64,000 nt of DNA from a bacterium (GCA_963663405.2 CAXXSM010000143.1:1-64000); one strand, 5' to 3'. Shown: positions 21,609 through 32,628, numbered from the stretch's first letter. The notes: a model not told the origin generated them from the sequence alone. Numbers and translations: made by a program.

Positions 21609-23324
21609 TCAGACCTCCTGATCTGGGGGATATTGATCTGACACCAATTGGTAAACGAGACGTAGATTCGTGCCAGGATAAATGGTTTCGGTTTCATTCA
21701 ATTGAGCGGCCAAATGACGGGCGGCTTGATCGGAAAGGCGGTTGGTCAAGTGATGGAGCCGAACCGTGAGAATCTCTTTTTCTTCATCGGGAATCAGATC
21801 CGCCTCGGTGGTCATGATTTCCCGCGCCAACGAACGCGCATCGTCTCCCCGGCTCAGCACCTCCCGCAGGATTGCCACCATCGCCGTTTCCGCCCGATAC
21901 GCAATCATTCGAATCGTATCCATGAATTGTTTCTTCGCTGGAGCCAATTGGTGAAATTTTGCCTCCTCTGGCAAGTCCACAAACGCGATATGCTTTTTCG
22001 TTTGCTTCCGGCTCCGCTTGAACTCATCGAGTTGTTTCTCCATCCCTCCGATCTCTTCAAGGAGGGCGCCTTTCTGGATTTCATAGCATTCGATCTCTTT
22101 CGGATCGGAGGATTCCTTTAGGACAAGGGCGCCGAATTCCGCTTGCTTTCGAGTCTTTTTCCCCGCCAGGCTTTTGATCTGACTTTCCAATTTCCGATAG
22201 GCCGGATTCACCACTTTCACCGTCTCATCCGGCAAGACCGTTTCATACCCGATAAGTCCATCTAAATGAAAGTGTTCCATCATGTACCGAAAGAAGTTTT
22301 CCTGACACCAACGCGCGAACATATGCGCCGCCAGTTGACTCGCATCCGATGTATAATCCGTACTGATCACAGCGGTTTGATGCCCTGTATCCCCCAACTT
22401 GCGAATCTCCCGCACCCAGATTTTTCCTCCCAGAAAGACGCCTCTCTCGGCCAAGCGCATCGGCGATTCATGCCCACCAGGCAGACGCACATTCACTGTC
22501 TCGAATTCTGAAACTGGCCAATCTTCTCCCTGAAACTTGCGGTACGTTTGACACGCGATCCGCGAATCCCACATCTGAGCGAAGAATCCGGGGCTATAGC
22601 CTTCCCGGTCGAACACCAGGACGAACCGGTGGAGATAGGGATTGGATTCAAGGTTTTCGGCCGTGGGTTGATGGGGAACATCTTTTAGCAACTGTGGAAC
22701 AATGTCTTGTTTGAGCCGATCCAACAAGCCGGTGGTGAATGGAGTGCTCACCACAAAGAAGGGGCGGCCTTCGCCGTCGTTCACCCAATAGTCGGTGAGT
22801 CCACGCAAACATAATCGTTGACGCGCGACATAGCGGCGGGGCAGTTTCGTTTGCGAACCGTGATAGACGCGGACATGACCATCGACATATAAAACGCCCG
22901 CCGCGTCCGGATCCGCCTCCATCCACTCCCGGGACAATTCGTCCCCCCATTCTTTGATCTGGTCTGGTTGGGCGAGAATTTTGATTTTTTCCCGCAGGGT
23001 CCGCACTTCGGGAATTCGATCTAAGCCCAGTAACTTGCCCCCTTCCCCCGCGGGATGATAGCGCAACTGTTCCGGCGTTTTGATCCGCGTCAACGCCATG
23101 AAAGCCAACACAATAAAAATGTGGACGCAACTGTAAAATCCTTTGGGGAGAGAAAAGTTCTTCGAGACATTCTTCAGCAGCCCGTTGGCGAGTAACGCGG
23201 GCATCGCCCATAACACGCCGCCTTGCGCCACATCCAATTCCGTCTCGAAACGAGTCGGGGCTTCCTCCAACTGCCCGGTCGCCGCGCAGACCCGCTCCAC
23301 CATTCGCGTACAGCCCATCCCCAT
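21609..23324 (-). CDS. Transposase catalytic part (OrfB, DDE-like)
   Basis: LYVDGH, LVFDREGYS and RWCQENFFRYM motifs; stop codon lies inside the left TIR; frame stays open upstream to the A8 run. Confidence 0.88.
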   Translation of the reverse strand: MGMGCTRMVERVCAATGQLEEAPTRFETELDVAQGGVLWAMPALLANGLLKNVSKNFSLPKGFYSCVHIFIVLAFMALTRIKTPEQLRYHPAGEGGKLLGLDRIPEVRTLREKIKILAQPDQIKEWGDELSREWMEADPDAAGVLYVDGHVRVYHGSQTKLPRRYVARQRLCLRGLTDYWVNDGEGRPFFVVSTPFTTGLLDRLKQDIVPQLLKDVPHQPTAENLESNPYLHRFVLVFDREGYSPGFFAQMWDSRIACQTYRKFQGEDWPVSEFETVNVRLPGGHESPMRLAERGVFLGGKIWVREIRKLGDTGHQTAVISTDYTSDASQLAAHMFARWCQENFFRYMMEHFHLDGLIGYETVLPDETVKVVNPAYRKLESQIKSLAGKKTRKQAEFGALVLKESSDPKEIECYEIQKGALLEEIGGMEKQLDEFKRSRKQTKKHIAFVDLPEEAKFHQLAPAKKQFMDTIRMIAYRAETAMVAILREVLSRGDDARSLAREIMTTEADLIPDEEKEILTVRLHHLTNRLSDQAARHLAAQLNETETIYPGTNLRLVYQLVSDQYPPDQEV

Positions 23325-23341
23325 CGCCGCTTGGCTGTCTT

Positions 23342-23842
23342 CTACGCTTCGCTCGCTTTTCGGGCGGCCTCCGGCATCGTTTTTTTTAGCGGCTCCACCA
23401 GGCGGCCGGCTTGGATCGCCTTATTCAACGTATTCCGCTTAAGGCCCAACTGATCGGCGATCTCCGCTCGAGAGAGCCCCTCGTTCAAGAACTCTTGCGC
23501 TTGCTGGAGGACGTCTTTTGTCAAGACATGCGCGCCTCGCGTTCGAGGCGTTTCAAAAAACGCCGCCGCTCCGCCTTTCCGGTATTTCTTGACCCACCGC
23601 TTCACGCTGATCGCGCTCACGCCAAACGCTCGGACAATCTCCATTTGCGTGCATTGCCCGTTCACGACAAACTGACTGGTAATCAAACGGAAACTCTTTT
23701 GATCGGTTTCCGGATGCGTGTAAATAGGAAAGGCGCCATGAAAATAATAGACCGAACCGTCCTGCTTCCGGTACGAGAGTACATCGGTGATGTAGCCTTC
23801 CTCGACATCGGCAAAGTGGGGTAAGAATCCTTGTGGCATCAA
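23342..23842 (-). CDS. Transposase N-terminal HTH part (OrfA)
   Basis: EIVRAFGVSAISVKRWVKKYR and AEIADQLGL HTH motifs; A8 run near its 3' end. Confidence 0.85.
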   Translation of the reverse strand: MMPQGFLPHFADVEEGYITDVLSYRKQDGSVYYFHGAFPIYTHPETDQKSFRLITSQFVVNGQCTQMEIVRAFGVSAISVKRWVKKYRKGGAAAFFETPRTRGAHVLTKDVLQQAQEFLNEGLSRAEIADQLGLKRNTLNKAIQAGRLVEPLKKTMPEAARKASEA

Positions 23843-23968
23843 CCGGGCTCCTTTTCGGATCGAGCATTTTTATCCCCAAAAAGGTATCTTGCCAAAATCA
23901 TCAACTCTACGGAATCCCCCGGCCCAGCTCAGGAGGTCTGAACTTAAATTTTTAAATACGAACACAAT

Positions 23969-24007
23969 AAAACCGGGGCAAGTGATCATTTCCGCCCCGG
24001 TTTTTTA
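23969..24007 (+). terminator. Terminator (probably bidirectional) of trpBA-accD, displaced by the IS
   Basis: AAAACCGGGGC...GCCCCGGTTTTTT. Confidence 0.75.
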
Positions 24008-24068
24008 TTGACCTTTTGCTGATTGAGACATCAGAGAACAGCGAGTGTCCCTCCAACCATTCGCCGGT

Positions 24069-24995
24069 TTATTTTCTTTCTTCAACCTTAAGAACACTGG
24101 AGATATGATCCAGTTGGGTGATGACTTTTTCAATATTCAACACGTTATCGATGATTACACTTTCACCATGATCGGGGAACTTGAGAATCAAACGGCCTGA
24201 ATTGATTAACGGGAGATAGTATTCGATCACGTCCTGCACATCTTTGACGAATTTCATACGCTGCGTGGGGAAACGCAATTGCTGTTCCAAAAGCCCACCG
24301 ATTACAAGCACTTCATTGGATTCAATTTTAACGTAATGAAAACGAACCACTCCGAGCGAGATCAGCATTAGAATCGCCCAAATCACAAAGAATCCCAGAT
24401 AAAACTGAGGACTGGCGGTCGGAGTCATGCTGAGGAGTTTCTCGAACAGGGCTGGTAGAAATTCAAGTTGCTGGTTCAAAAGAATCAGCGCGAGAATCGC
24501 CGCTACGGAGACGGAGAAGGTGATCAACGCCCAACGGATTTCCATATCGATACAAAGCGTGAAGAGCGAAAATCCTAGAACGAGGAGAAAGAGCGTACCC
24601 AGAATCCGGTCAACGATGACCCCCGAAGTGAATCCTTTCAATTCTTTGTCTAGTTCATCGGGCGCCAGCGGCGCGGCAATGGATTTCTGCGCAGCGGTCG
24701 TTTGGGTCGCGTCTGTCACGGCGTCCGGCGCCGATCCGGCATCTTGACCGCCACTTTCTTCTAGGGCGCTCTGTTGGACCACGGCTTTTACATGCTTCTG
24801 CAAATGTTTGATGTGGGGCGCGCTTCCCATAAATTGACCAAAGAGAAAACAGACCAACGCCAATAAGGCAACGGGATAAAGAACCGGTGTCTTTGGCCAC
24901 ATGCGTATAATGATCGGCCCTTCGAAGTTCATTTTCTTTGTTTCTGGTTCCGTTGAAGTGGCGCCGCCGCTGGTTGTCGTGTTATCTGGTTCCAT
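24069..24995 (-). CDS. Hypothetical membrane protein
   Basis: 308 aa ORF, about 4 TM segments, C-terminal beta-rich region reminiscent of bacterial PH domains. Confidence 0.6.
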   Translation of the reverse strand: MEPDNTTTSGGATSTEPETKKMNFEGPIIIRMWPKTPVLYPVALLALVCFLFGQFMGSAPHIKHLQKHVKAVVQQSALEESGGQDAGSAPDAVTDATQTTAAQKSIAAPLAPDELDKELKGFTSGVIVDRILGTLFLLVLGFSLFTLCIDMEIRWALITFSVSVAAILALILLNQQLEFLPALFEKLLSMTPTASPQFYLGFFVIWAILMLISLGVVRFHYVKIESNEVLVIGGLLEQQLRFPTQRMKFVKDVQDVIEYYLPLINSGRLILKFPDHGESVIIDNVLNIEKVITQLDHISSVLKVEERK

Positions 24996-25089
24996 TAGTG
25001 TCCCTTTCTTTTTCTTTGATTGATTTATAATTCGCGAGGATTAAGCGTATAGTATACTACGATTATTCTCTCATGAATAATTCATTTTC

Positions 25090-25259
25090 TATGAAAATGA
25101 GTTTCGAAAACATTCTCGTTCGAATTCACTCCCGCGACTCATTTTCATTTGCAGTTGTGATCTTAAATTATGATGTTTTATATGAAAATGAGTTTCGATA
25201 ACTTTCTCGTTCGTGATTTCCACCGCAATTCATTTTCATTTGCATGTTGCGATCTCAAA
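25090..25259. repeat. Repeat family A, copies 3 and 4 in tandem (25090-25166, 25181-25259)
   Basis: Each is TATGAAAATGAGTTTCG...(A/G)A(C/T)TCATTTTCATTTGCA..TG.GATCT.AA. Confidence 0.88.
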
Positions 25260-25390
25260 CCAAAATAGCATCTAAGAGAATCTTCGCCGACATTAGCCGG
25301 AAAGACAAGGATTTCCCCTCATTTTCCATAATATTTTGTGGAATACGTTGACTGGATTGGTGTCTCGCAGGAGGAATTATTCAGATTGTT

Positions 25391-26440
25391 TTAATATTTC
25401 CTCCCAAAGACCATGAATTCAATAATCCCCAGAAGAACTCCAAAACCGCTGATGAACGCGTCGATCCAATTGAGCGGAATTCCTTTCAACGCAAACGAAA
25501 GACTCCGTTTCTTTACCAAATACCACTCGAAAGATTTGATTAAATAGAGAAACATCAACCCGAACGCGGCCGTAACCACAAGGAATATGGATTGTACAAA
25601 CGATAGCGCTCCAAAGAACAACATCGCATAGACCACGGGAATTCGGACCATTGTGGAGGGGGCGTTCGTGCCAAACCGTCCCGATTCGCCGATTGAGCCG
25701 TTCTCCTGACTTTCCCCTGAATCCGGTTCGGATCGATTCCGCAGCAAAAATTTCGCCAGATCGCGTGAGCGCCGGAATTGGTTGCGGATAAATCCACGGA
25801 AGGTCAGTTTCTTGTTATGAATCACTTCCAGCGAACGATCGAGGCGAATACGGAATCCATGCTTGATCAAGTTCCGTCCCAAGGTACGGTCCTCGATGGA
25901 GGCGTCGCGGATATTCTCATCGAATCCCCCGCATTCGTGAAACGCCGTGCGGCGCACGGCGGTGATGGAGGTGAATGTCGTGTCGATCCAATCGGGCAAT
26001 TGGTTTAATACGTACCGGTTATACAAGTTTTTGTACTGAGAGATGTAATTCGCATAGGGACAAACGCTGGAGAACGTTCCCTGCACGGCGTCAGCGCCGG
26101 ATTCATCGAATCGTGTTTTAAGTTGGTTCAGAAGTGGTTTGAGAACGAGCACATCGCTGTCGGTGAAAAGCAATATTGAATACTGCGTGTGCCGCGCCCC
26201 TTCGTTTCTCGCCGTAGCAGGGCCGCTGTTGGTTTGGAGTTGGATCACTTTAGCGCCTGCGTCACGGGCGAGTTGGGGGGTTTTATCCGTCGAGGCGTCG
26301 TCGACGACAATCACTTCATACGGCTCCCCGTCCAGGTTGAAGAGGCTCTGCAACGTATCGGGCAACGTCTTTTCACCGTTATAAACCGGGACAATGATCG
26401 AGAAACCTTCTTGAACAGTGTTTTCAACCGGGTCGTTCAT
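25391..26440 (-). CDS. Glycosyltransferase family 2
   Basis: SIIVPVYN, VVDDASTD, GPATARNEG, FTDSD and GGFDE..IED motifs; C-terminal TM helices. Confidence 0.92.
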   Translation of the reverse strand: MNDPVENTVQEGFSIIVPVYNGEKTLPDTLQSLFNLDGEPYEVIVVDDASTDKTPQLARDAGAKVIQLQTNSGPATARNEGARHTQYSILLFTDSDVLVLKPLLNQLKTRFDESGADAVQGTFSSVCPYANYISQYKNLYNRYVLNQLPDWIDTTFTSITAVRRTAFHECGGFDENIRDASIEDRTLGRNLIKHGFRIRLDRSLEVIHNKKLTFRGFIRNQFRRSRDLAKFLLRNRSEPDSGESQENGSIGESGRFGTNAPSTMVRIPVVYAMLFFGALSFVQSIFLVVTAAFGLMFLYLIKSFEWYLVKKRSLSFALKGIPLNWIDAFISGFGVLLGIIEFMVFGRKY

Positions 26441-26444
26441 AGTG

Positions 26445-27146
26445 ATCCTTTATTTATATGTGGCTTAGTTGCTTTTTTTTTGTCTGAATCAGGATAGCCA
26501 AGATTTTCAGGATGAGCAGGATAAGATGTAATCATTATTCTCTTAATCCATTCATCCGGAGCATACATGGCAATCCTTTGTTTGTGTGTGGCTTAGTTAC
26601 TTTTTTTTGTCTGAATCAGGATAGCCAAGATTTTCAGGATGAGCAGGATAAGATGTAATCATTATTCTCTCAATCCATTCATCCGGAGCATACATGGCAA
26701 TCCTTTGTTTGTGTGTGGCTTAGTTACTTTTTTTTGTCTGAATCAGGATAGCCAAGATTTTCAGGATGAGCAGGATAAGATGTAATCATTATTCTCTTAA
26801 TCCATTCATCCGGGTGAACAAGATATTGATACGCCTGAATCAGGATAGAAAAACTAGGATAAAAAACATTATCCCCTTTCATTCTTTTGTGGGATTGGAA
26901 TTATTAAATGTCATACTCCAATAACTTTAGGATCAGCAGAAAACACGATCGATCCGTATCCTGATTATCCTGTTAATCCTGGCTATCCTGATTCTGACAA
27001 AAAAATCAATCGAATCCCCTCCCACTCTATCGAGTGAGGATGAATTAAGAAAAATCACACCCATTTTTCTTTTGAATCAACAGAAAAACTCGATTCACAA
27101 GTATCCTGACTATCCTATCAATCCTGGCTATCCTGATTCTGACAAA
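26445..27146. repeat. Repeat family C: three ~128-bp tandem units (26445, 26573, 26700) plus partial and inverted copies of the TGTCTGAATCAGGATAGCCA-(AGGAT)n core
   Basis: Near-identical tandem units; partial copy at ~26835-26860; inverted cores at ~26957-27004 and ~27101-27146. Confidence 0.9.
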
Positions 27147-28260
27147 GGAAATCCTCATACATCCCCTGCGCGCGTTCGATCATTCGTTCGACAGAAAAAT
27201 CGCGTTCAACGCGTTCATGGGCGGCTTTTCCAAGGGTATTCATTTTTTGCGGATTTGACAACAGTTCCACAATCGCGGACGCGAGCGCGTTGGATTCTCC
27301 AGTGGGAACCAGAATTCCTTCCTGATCTCCTTCGAGAACGCTATCCACACCCCCAACCCGCGTCGACACAATAGGACGCGCCATCGCCATCGCTTCCAGC
27401 ATGGCGTTGGGCACCCCCTCTGAACGAGACGAGCAGACAAACATTGTTAACGCAGCCAACGCGGATGGCACATCCGGTGTATACCCCGTAAAAATAACTG
27501 GATGTGGAAGAGCGAGCGCTGCCGCCTGCTTCTCCAACTGTTCTCGTTCGGGGCCGTCTCCAATTAAGACAAGGCGGATGTGTGAATTCTGTTTCACAAC
27601 GGCGCTATAGGCGTCGAGTAGAATATCATACCCCTTCACCCGCTCCAAACGCCCCACGCTGCCCAGCAGGGGCGCTTCAGGTGGAATCTCGAACCGCTGA
27701 CGGAACGCGGCGCCGGTGTCTTCTTGATTATAGAGAGAGAGATCAACGCCATTTGGGATTAGATATGTTCTTTTTGGCGGACGTTTCCAGCTTTTCACAT
27801 ACAATTCCAGCTGAGGTGAGATAACCTGCAAGGCGTCCGCGCGCCGGATGAGTTGATTGTTGCGCCAATGAGAAATCCAACCGCGCAGTGGATTGTTATA
27901 GTCCGTTCTGTTGATATTAGGCAAACGTACGATCCAGGGAATCGAAAGAGCCTTCGCCGCCTGCGCGCCCAGTGTGTTGGAACGAAGCCCGAATGTATGC
28001 AACAGAGCCGCATTGCGGCGCCAGGCGATCTCGATCAGAGTCTGGACGGCCTGGCCGGTGTGCAGACGGCTTTTCATAGGCAGAAATTCCGTCTCGATCC
28101 CGCTCTGTTCCGCGAACCGCGCCAGTTCACCGCGATTCGCGATGGGGACAACAACAGGATGAAACCGGCGCGGATCGAGTCCCTTGGCGAGTGAGAGAAG
28201 ATGCCGCTCAACACCACCGAAATTGCCATCCACCCGGCATAATAGAATCACTTTTGACAC
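27118..28260 (-). CDS. Glycosyltransferase family 4 (GT-B)
   Basis: GGVERH, IPNGVD, VGRL..VKG and SRSEGVPNAMLEAMA (EX7E) motifs. Confidence 0.92.
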   Translation of the reverse strand: MSKVILLCRVDGNFGGVERHLLSLAKGLDPRRFHPVVVPIANRGELARFAEQSGIETEFLPMKSRLHTGQAVQTLIEIAWRRNAALLHTFGLRSNTLGAQAAKALSIPWIVRLPNINRTDYNNPLRGWISHWRNNQLIRRADALQVISPQLELYVKSWKRPPKRTYLIPNGVDLSLYNQEDTGAAFRQRFEIPPEAPLLGSVGRLERVKGYDILLDAYSAVVKQNSHIRLVLIGDGPEREQLEKQAAALALPHPVIFTGYTPDVPSALAALTMFVCSSRSEGVPNAMLEAMAMARPIVSTRVGGVDSVLEGDQEGILVPTGESNALASAIVELLSNPQKMNTLGKAAHERVERDFSVERMIERAQGMYEDFLCQNQDSQD

Positions 28261-28330
28261 GGTTTCGCTATCCTCTTATTGAGCAATACAGTATGATAGA
28301 ATTCGTCTTTCTCTCATTCAATAGCGAGGT

Positions 28331-29389
28331 TTGGAAACGATGAAACTATTGTCTTCTTCCTTACTCACCACTGGTTTTTTGTTTGGATTGATAGGCTGTC
28401 CTGGTGCGCTTGCGCGTGATTTGGAGATTTACTTTATCGATGTCGTTGGTGGCGCGGCGACATTGATTGTGACACCCGCCGGGGAATCGATCTTGGTGGA
28501 TACTGGATGGATGCGGGACGATCACCGCGATTCGAACCGGATATACGACGCGCTTATCAATCGCGCCAAATGCTCTCAGATCGATTATTGTATTACGACC
28601 CATTGGCATAGAGACCATTTCGGTGGGATTGGGCCTTTAAGCGAGCGCGTGCCGATCGAGCGTTTCTACGACCGGGGTGTTCCAGAATCGTTCTCCGAAG
28701 ATCCCGAACATTATCCAATTCAGATGGAGGCGTATCTAAAAGCCTGCAAAGGGCGGAACAAGACCATGAATCCGGGGGAGGAAATTCCGCTGAAACAGCT
28801 AGACGGACATCCTCCCATCCGGCTCGTTTGCGTGGCGGTCAACCGAGAAGTTACACCGATTGGCGCGTCCAAGAACGCAAATAAGGTATGTGAAGACGCC
28901 CCATTGCGTGAACGTGACAACAGCGATAACGCGAACAGTATCGCGCTGCTCTTATCGTATGGGAATTTTCAATTCTTCAACGGCGGCGATATCACATGGA
29001 ACATCGAACACAAACTGGTCTGCCCAGAAAACAAGATCGGAGACATCGATCTTTACATGGTGAATCATCATGGCTTCGACATCAGCAACAATCCGGTCTT
29101 CTTACAAAGCATCAATCCCCGCGTAGCGGTCGTCTGCAACGGCCCGACAAAAGGATGTACACCAAAAACCATCGCCCGTCTCCGCGCCCTGCCGGAGATG
29201 CAGGCGATTTATCAGCTTCACCGAAACATAAGATCCAGCGCTCAAGAAAACACCGATCCAGCGTACATCGCCAATCCCGATCCGGAGAAATCGGGGATTT
29301 TTGTCAAAGCGACGGTTCCCAAGGAAGGTGGGTGGTTTGATGTTTGTATTGGAGAGAATGGGCAATCGAGGCGGTTTGAAGTGAAATAG
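28331..29389 (+). CDS. Secreted ComEC/Rec2-like metallo-beta-lactamase fold hydrolase
   Basis: IYFIDV.GG.ATL, LVDTG, THWHRDHFGG, NANS, GGD and HHG motifs; signal peptide. Confidence 0.82.
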   Translation: METMKLLSSSLLTTGFLFGLIGCPGALARDLEIYFIDVVGGAATLIVTPAGESILVDTGWMRDDHRDSNRIYDALINRAKCSQIDYCITTHWHRDHFGGIGPLSERVPIERFYDRGVPESFSEDPEHYPIQMEAYLKACKGRNKTMNPGEEIPLKQLDGHPPIRLVCVAVNREVTPIGASKNANKVCEDAPLRERDNSDNANSIALLLSYGNFQFFNGGDITWNIEHKLVCPENKIGDIDLYMVNHHGFDISNNPVFLQSINPRVAVVCNGPTKGCTPKTIARLRALPEMQAIYQLHRNIRSSAQENTDPAYIANPDPEKSGIFVKATVPKEGGWFDVCIGENGQSRRFEVK

Positions 29390-29439
29390 TAAAGTGTGTT
29401 AATCAGGACCGGCGATTACTTTTTTAATGGGTGGTAAAC

Positions 29440-30391
29440 TTATTTCATTAATTCCCAACAAGATACCGAGGATTGAGAAATCGCATTGATTACAGTCATC
29501 ATGTCACTATAAGTTGATACGTACGTCACTAAACCGTTTTCATATCGTACTATATTACAGGAACGAAGTGGTTTATCCGGTTTGGAGCCAGATGGCAGAG
29601 ATGCAATATTATTATGTTCTGTAAAAATCCAACCATTTCCTAAGTCAAGCAGGCGGGTCGTTTCATATTGTATATCTGGATACATGGCATACGTTTGTTC
29701 TTGAGTTGCAATAAGTTGAGATCGATTCATTGCAACTCCAGGATTTGCCGCGGTATAATACTCGACACTCACTGCGTGTATTTTGGCAAAACTAATAATG
29801 TCATGGTTATTTACGTCAATTATAAATTTTCCCCACATTTCAGTTGGTGAGAGTCCTGTGACAGGTTCGGGACCGGGTAGCTCAAAAGAAGGTACTAACT
29901 CCGGCGCAGGTGGCGCTTCTATGATTTCCAATTGGACTAATGTGGGGAGTTTATCCTGATAATTTGTCCATTTCTTTATTTTCCCATTGTCCATTTCAAG
30001 AATATCCACAGCGCCAAATGTGTAGGATTTCCCTTTTACAGGGGGATAACCAGGTATGTCAGATAGGAACGTACCGTTTCCTATAACGAGAGCGATCACT
30101 GTATTTTCGTGAACGAATCCTTGTTCTATTTCAAAGTGAAATTCAATCGAGTCATACCATATTTTCTTCTTTTCAATCCAGGCTTGTTTTCCTTCCGTTA
30201 TATTATCAGGTTCATCATAAACATAATCTTCAATTATCTCTTCATCTAACATTGCGACGATCGCATCAAAATCCTGGTTATTATGCGCTTCGTAAAACGC
30301 ATGCATAACATCCAATGGCGTTTGAGCCATGGCCCCCCATAGTGAATACGAGAAAGGCAGTGATGATTCCCAACAACTTGATTGTTTTCAT
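29440..30391 (-). CDS. Secreted tandem SnoaL/NTF2-like (ester cyclase) protein; signal peptide displaced by one extra G at ~30333-30338
   Basis: Two NTF2-like repeats; removing one G gives MKTIKLLGIITAFLVFTMGAMAQ; AAGGAG RBS. Confidence 0.72.
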
Positions 30392-30506
30392 CGTTCATTC
30401 TCCTTATTTTATGTTAATAATTGAGTAAAATCGCTTGCCATAGGAAAGTGCAGTTTTTCTAATAACCAGATTACAATTAAACTTACAATCCATTTTGCTG
30501 TACTTT

Positions 30507-32625
30507 TTAATACTGCGACCAAAGACCTAATGGAATACCGGAAGAACCAAAACGATACACCCATGTATTGCGGTCTGATAAAAAATCTCTTTGATTATTC
30601 CCTTTTGGTATAATGCCAAAAACGCCGCCATGCAAAATAATTCGATTTCGTTTGGAGTCGTAAGCCATTTTATGCGCGGCTCTTCCTGCCGGTTCCATTC
30701 CAATTGAATCAATTTGTTTCCACTCGTACCCGTCCCATTCCCATAAATCTGTATATAAATGAAGATCTATAGAAAAGTCAAAATAATCAACCTTATCCAC
30801 ACCACCGTACAGTATGGTTTTTTTGCGGTGCGTGTCATAAACCATTGCATGACTCGTTCTGGGTCCAGGAGTATTGCCTGTGAGAGCTACTTGTGTCCAC
30901 GTTGAACCATCCCACTCCCATGTGTCACCTAAAGCGGTTTGCCCACTATCTGGTCCTGGATTCGAAGGTCCAGAACCGTAGTCTCCATTCGGAACTCCTC
31001 CATAGAGTACGGTCCGTCCCCGTGCGGAATCATAGACCATTGCAGAATAGATCCGGGCGGGGGGCCCATCCTCGGTGATTTTGGTCCATGTTGTTCCATC
31101 CCATTCCCAGGTTTCTTGAAAAAAAGGACTTGTTAAACCATTAACTGATGTTCCTCCAAACATCACAATCCTATCGCGTTTAGAGTCGTAGACTAATTCT
31201 TGTTCCCAGCGCCAGCTCGGTCCCGATGTAGATGCTATCTGCCAAGATACTCCATCCCATACCCAAAGTGTTCCACAGTCAGGATAACCTACAGCATTAT
31301 GCAATACTATTCTTCCCCGTTTTGAATCATAAGCCATTCTGAAATTCCTGGCATCAGTTGGTTCAGAGGTACGAGCAGTTCGGGTCCAAGTATTGCCATC
31401 CAATTCCCACATGTCGTCATAGTTTTGGCTGCTGTTTGTAGAACTACCACCATATAAAACCACTTTGTCCCGAATAGGATCATAGATCATTCCATGATAC
31501 GCGACTCCTGGCCCCTCATTAGATACTTTTATCCACTCGCCGACTTGCGCCGCTACATTACTCGCGCTGTATAACATAACAACAAGCGTTATGGCAAATA
31601 GGGTCACACACATCTTCACGGAAAGGCGTTTTTGCAATAATCGTTGATTGTCCAGTATCCTCATTAATCTCCTCCTGATCATCGTATCGTAATTGACAAT
31701 TCCAATTGCGTTTGTAATGGATGTTTGGTAATTCGTCTGGACAACGAGAGACAAAAATCCCTCGCCGCATTCTTTGCGTTTCGCCCGATGTGATCGATAA
31801 CGCGATATCGTCACAAGCGTATTCCCTTAATTGATTGATGATGAAATTTGTAAACCACACGACGGGATGGAAGAAAAAAACAATGTGCAGGATTTTTTGC
31901 AAACTGGATACAAGAACATCGCCGCGTTTGATGTGCGCGAGTTCGTGAAGAAGAATCCAGTGGACTTGATTTTGGGTATATGCGTCCGCGAAGCCTTCGG
32001 GTACGGCGATCGTGGGCCGGAGAATCCCAAACGTCATGGGGGATTGGATCTTGGAATTCGTCACCCAGCGGATGGTTTGTTTCACACCGGCTAACCGTTG
32101 CAACCGGTCGAAATCAATCTTTGGATGCGGCGTCTCCATCGGCCTGCATAGCCGCAGCAAACGCCGGTTCCAGCGCTCCACCCAGAACAGACAAGCGGAT
32201 AAAACCACGATAATCGTAAACCAGAAGAACATGAAAAAGGATACGATCGACAGCGGTTCCCGTTCTGCTTGCCTGGAAGAATCATCTACGGCGGTTGGCG
32301 TCACCTTCTCCGTCCCAAGCGCGTCCGGATTTTGCGGATCACCCCACCAATGGAATCCCATTCCCTGAGAGATGAAGACCGTATTTTCTTGTGGAAAAAA
32401 TGACAATAATAAATTGGGAGCGGATATCTGTCCGTGAAACACCAACTTGAGCAGCACAAGAAGAAACAGCCAGTACCCAAATTGCGGAGACATCCAAGGA
32501 CGGCGGCGAACGAACAACCACAAGCAGCCAATCATCAAAAAGATCACCGTCGATTCAAGAACCGAGGCCCACATCCATTGCGCCCAGGTGAGAGCGACTG
32601 GGTTGATCGTTCCAATCAGGTCCAT
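30507..32625 (-). CDS. BlaR1/MecR1-type M56 metallopeptidase fused to an extracellular Kelch-like beta-propeller; frameshift near 31790
   Basis: SPMTFG, LLHELAHIKRGD (HExxH), FFFHPVVW and REYACD; ECGEGFL..IRRRLMRIL in the second frame; repeats YD..R.R.VLYGG...DTWEWDG.TW. Confidence 0.85.
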
Positions 32626-32628
32626 GAT

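Larger units (their letters stand above)
21609..23941 (-). mobile_element. Complete insertion sequence (~2.33 kb) with 19-bp TIRs and 3-bp target duplication ACT
   Basis: Left TIR TCAGACCTCCTGATCTGGG (21609-21627); right TIR reverse complement TCAGACCTCCTGAGCTGGG (23923-23941); ACT at 21606-21608 and 23942-23944. Confidence 0.92.

Noticed and set aside
26445-26813. CRISPR array
   Set aside because: Units are ~128 bp and near-identical along their whole length, with no unique spacers and no cas genes
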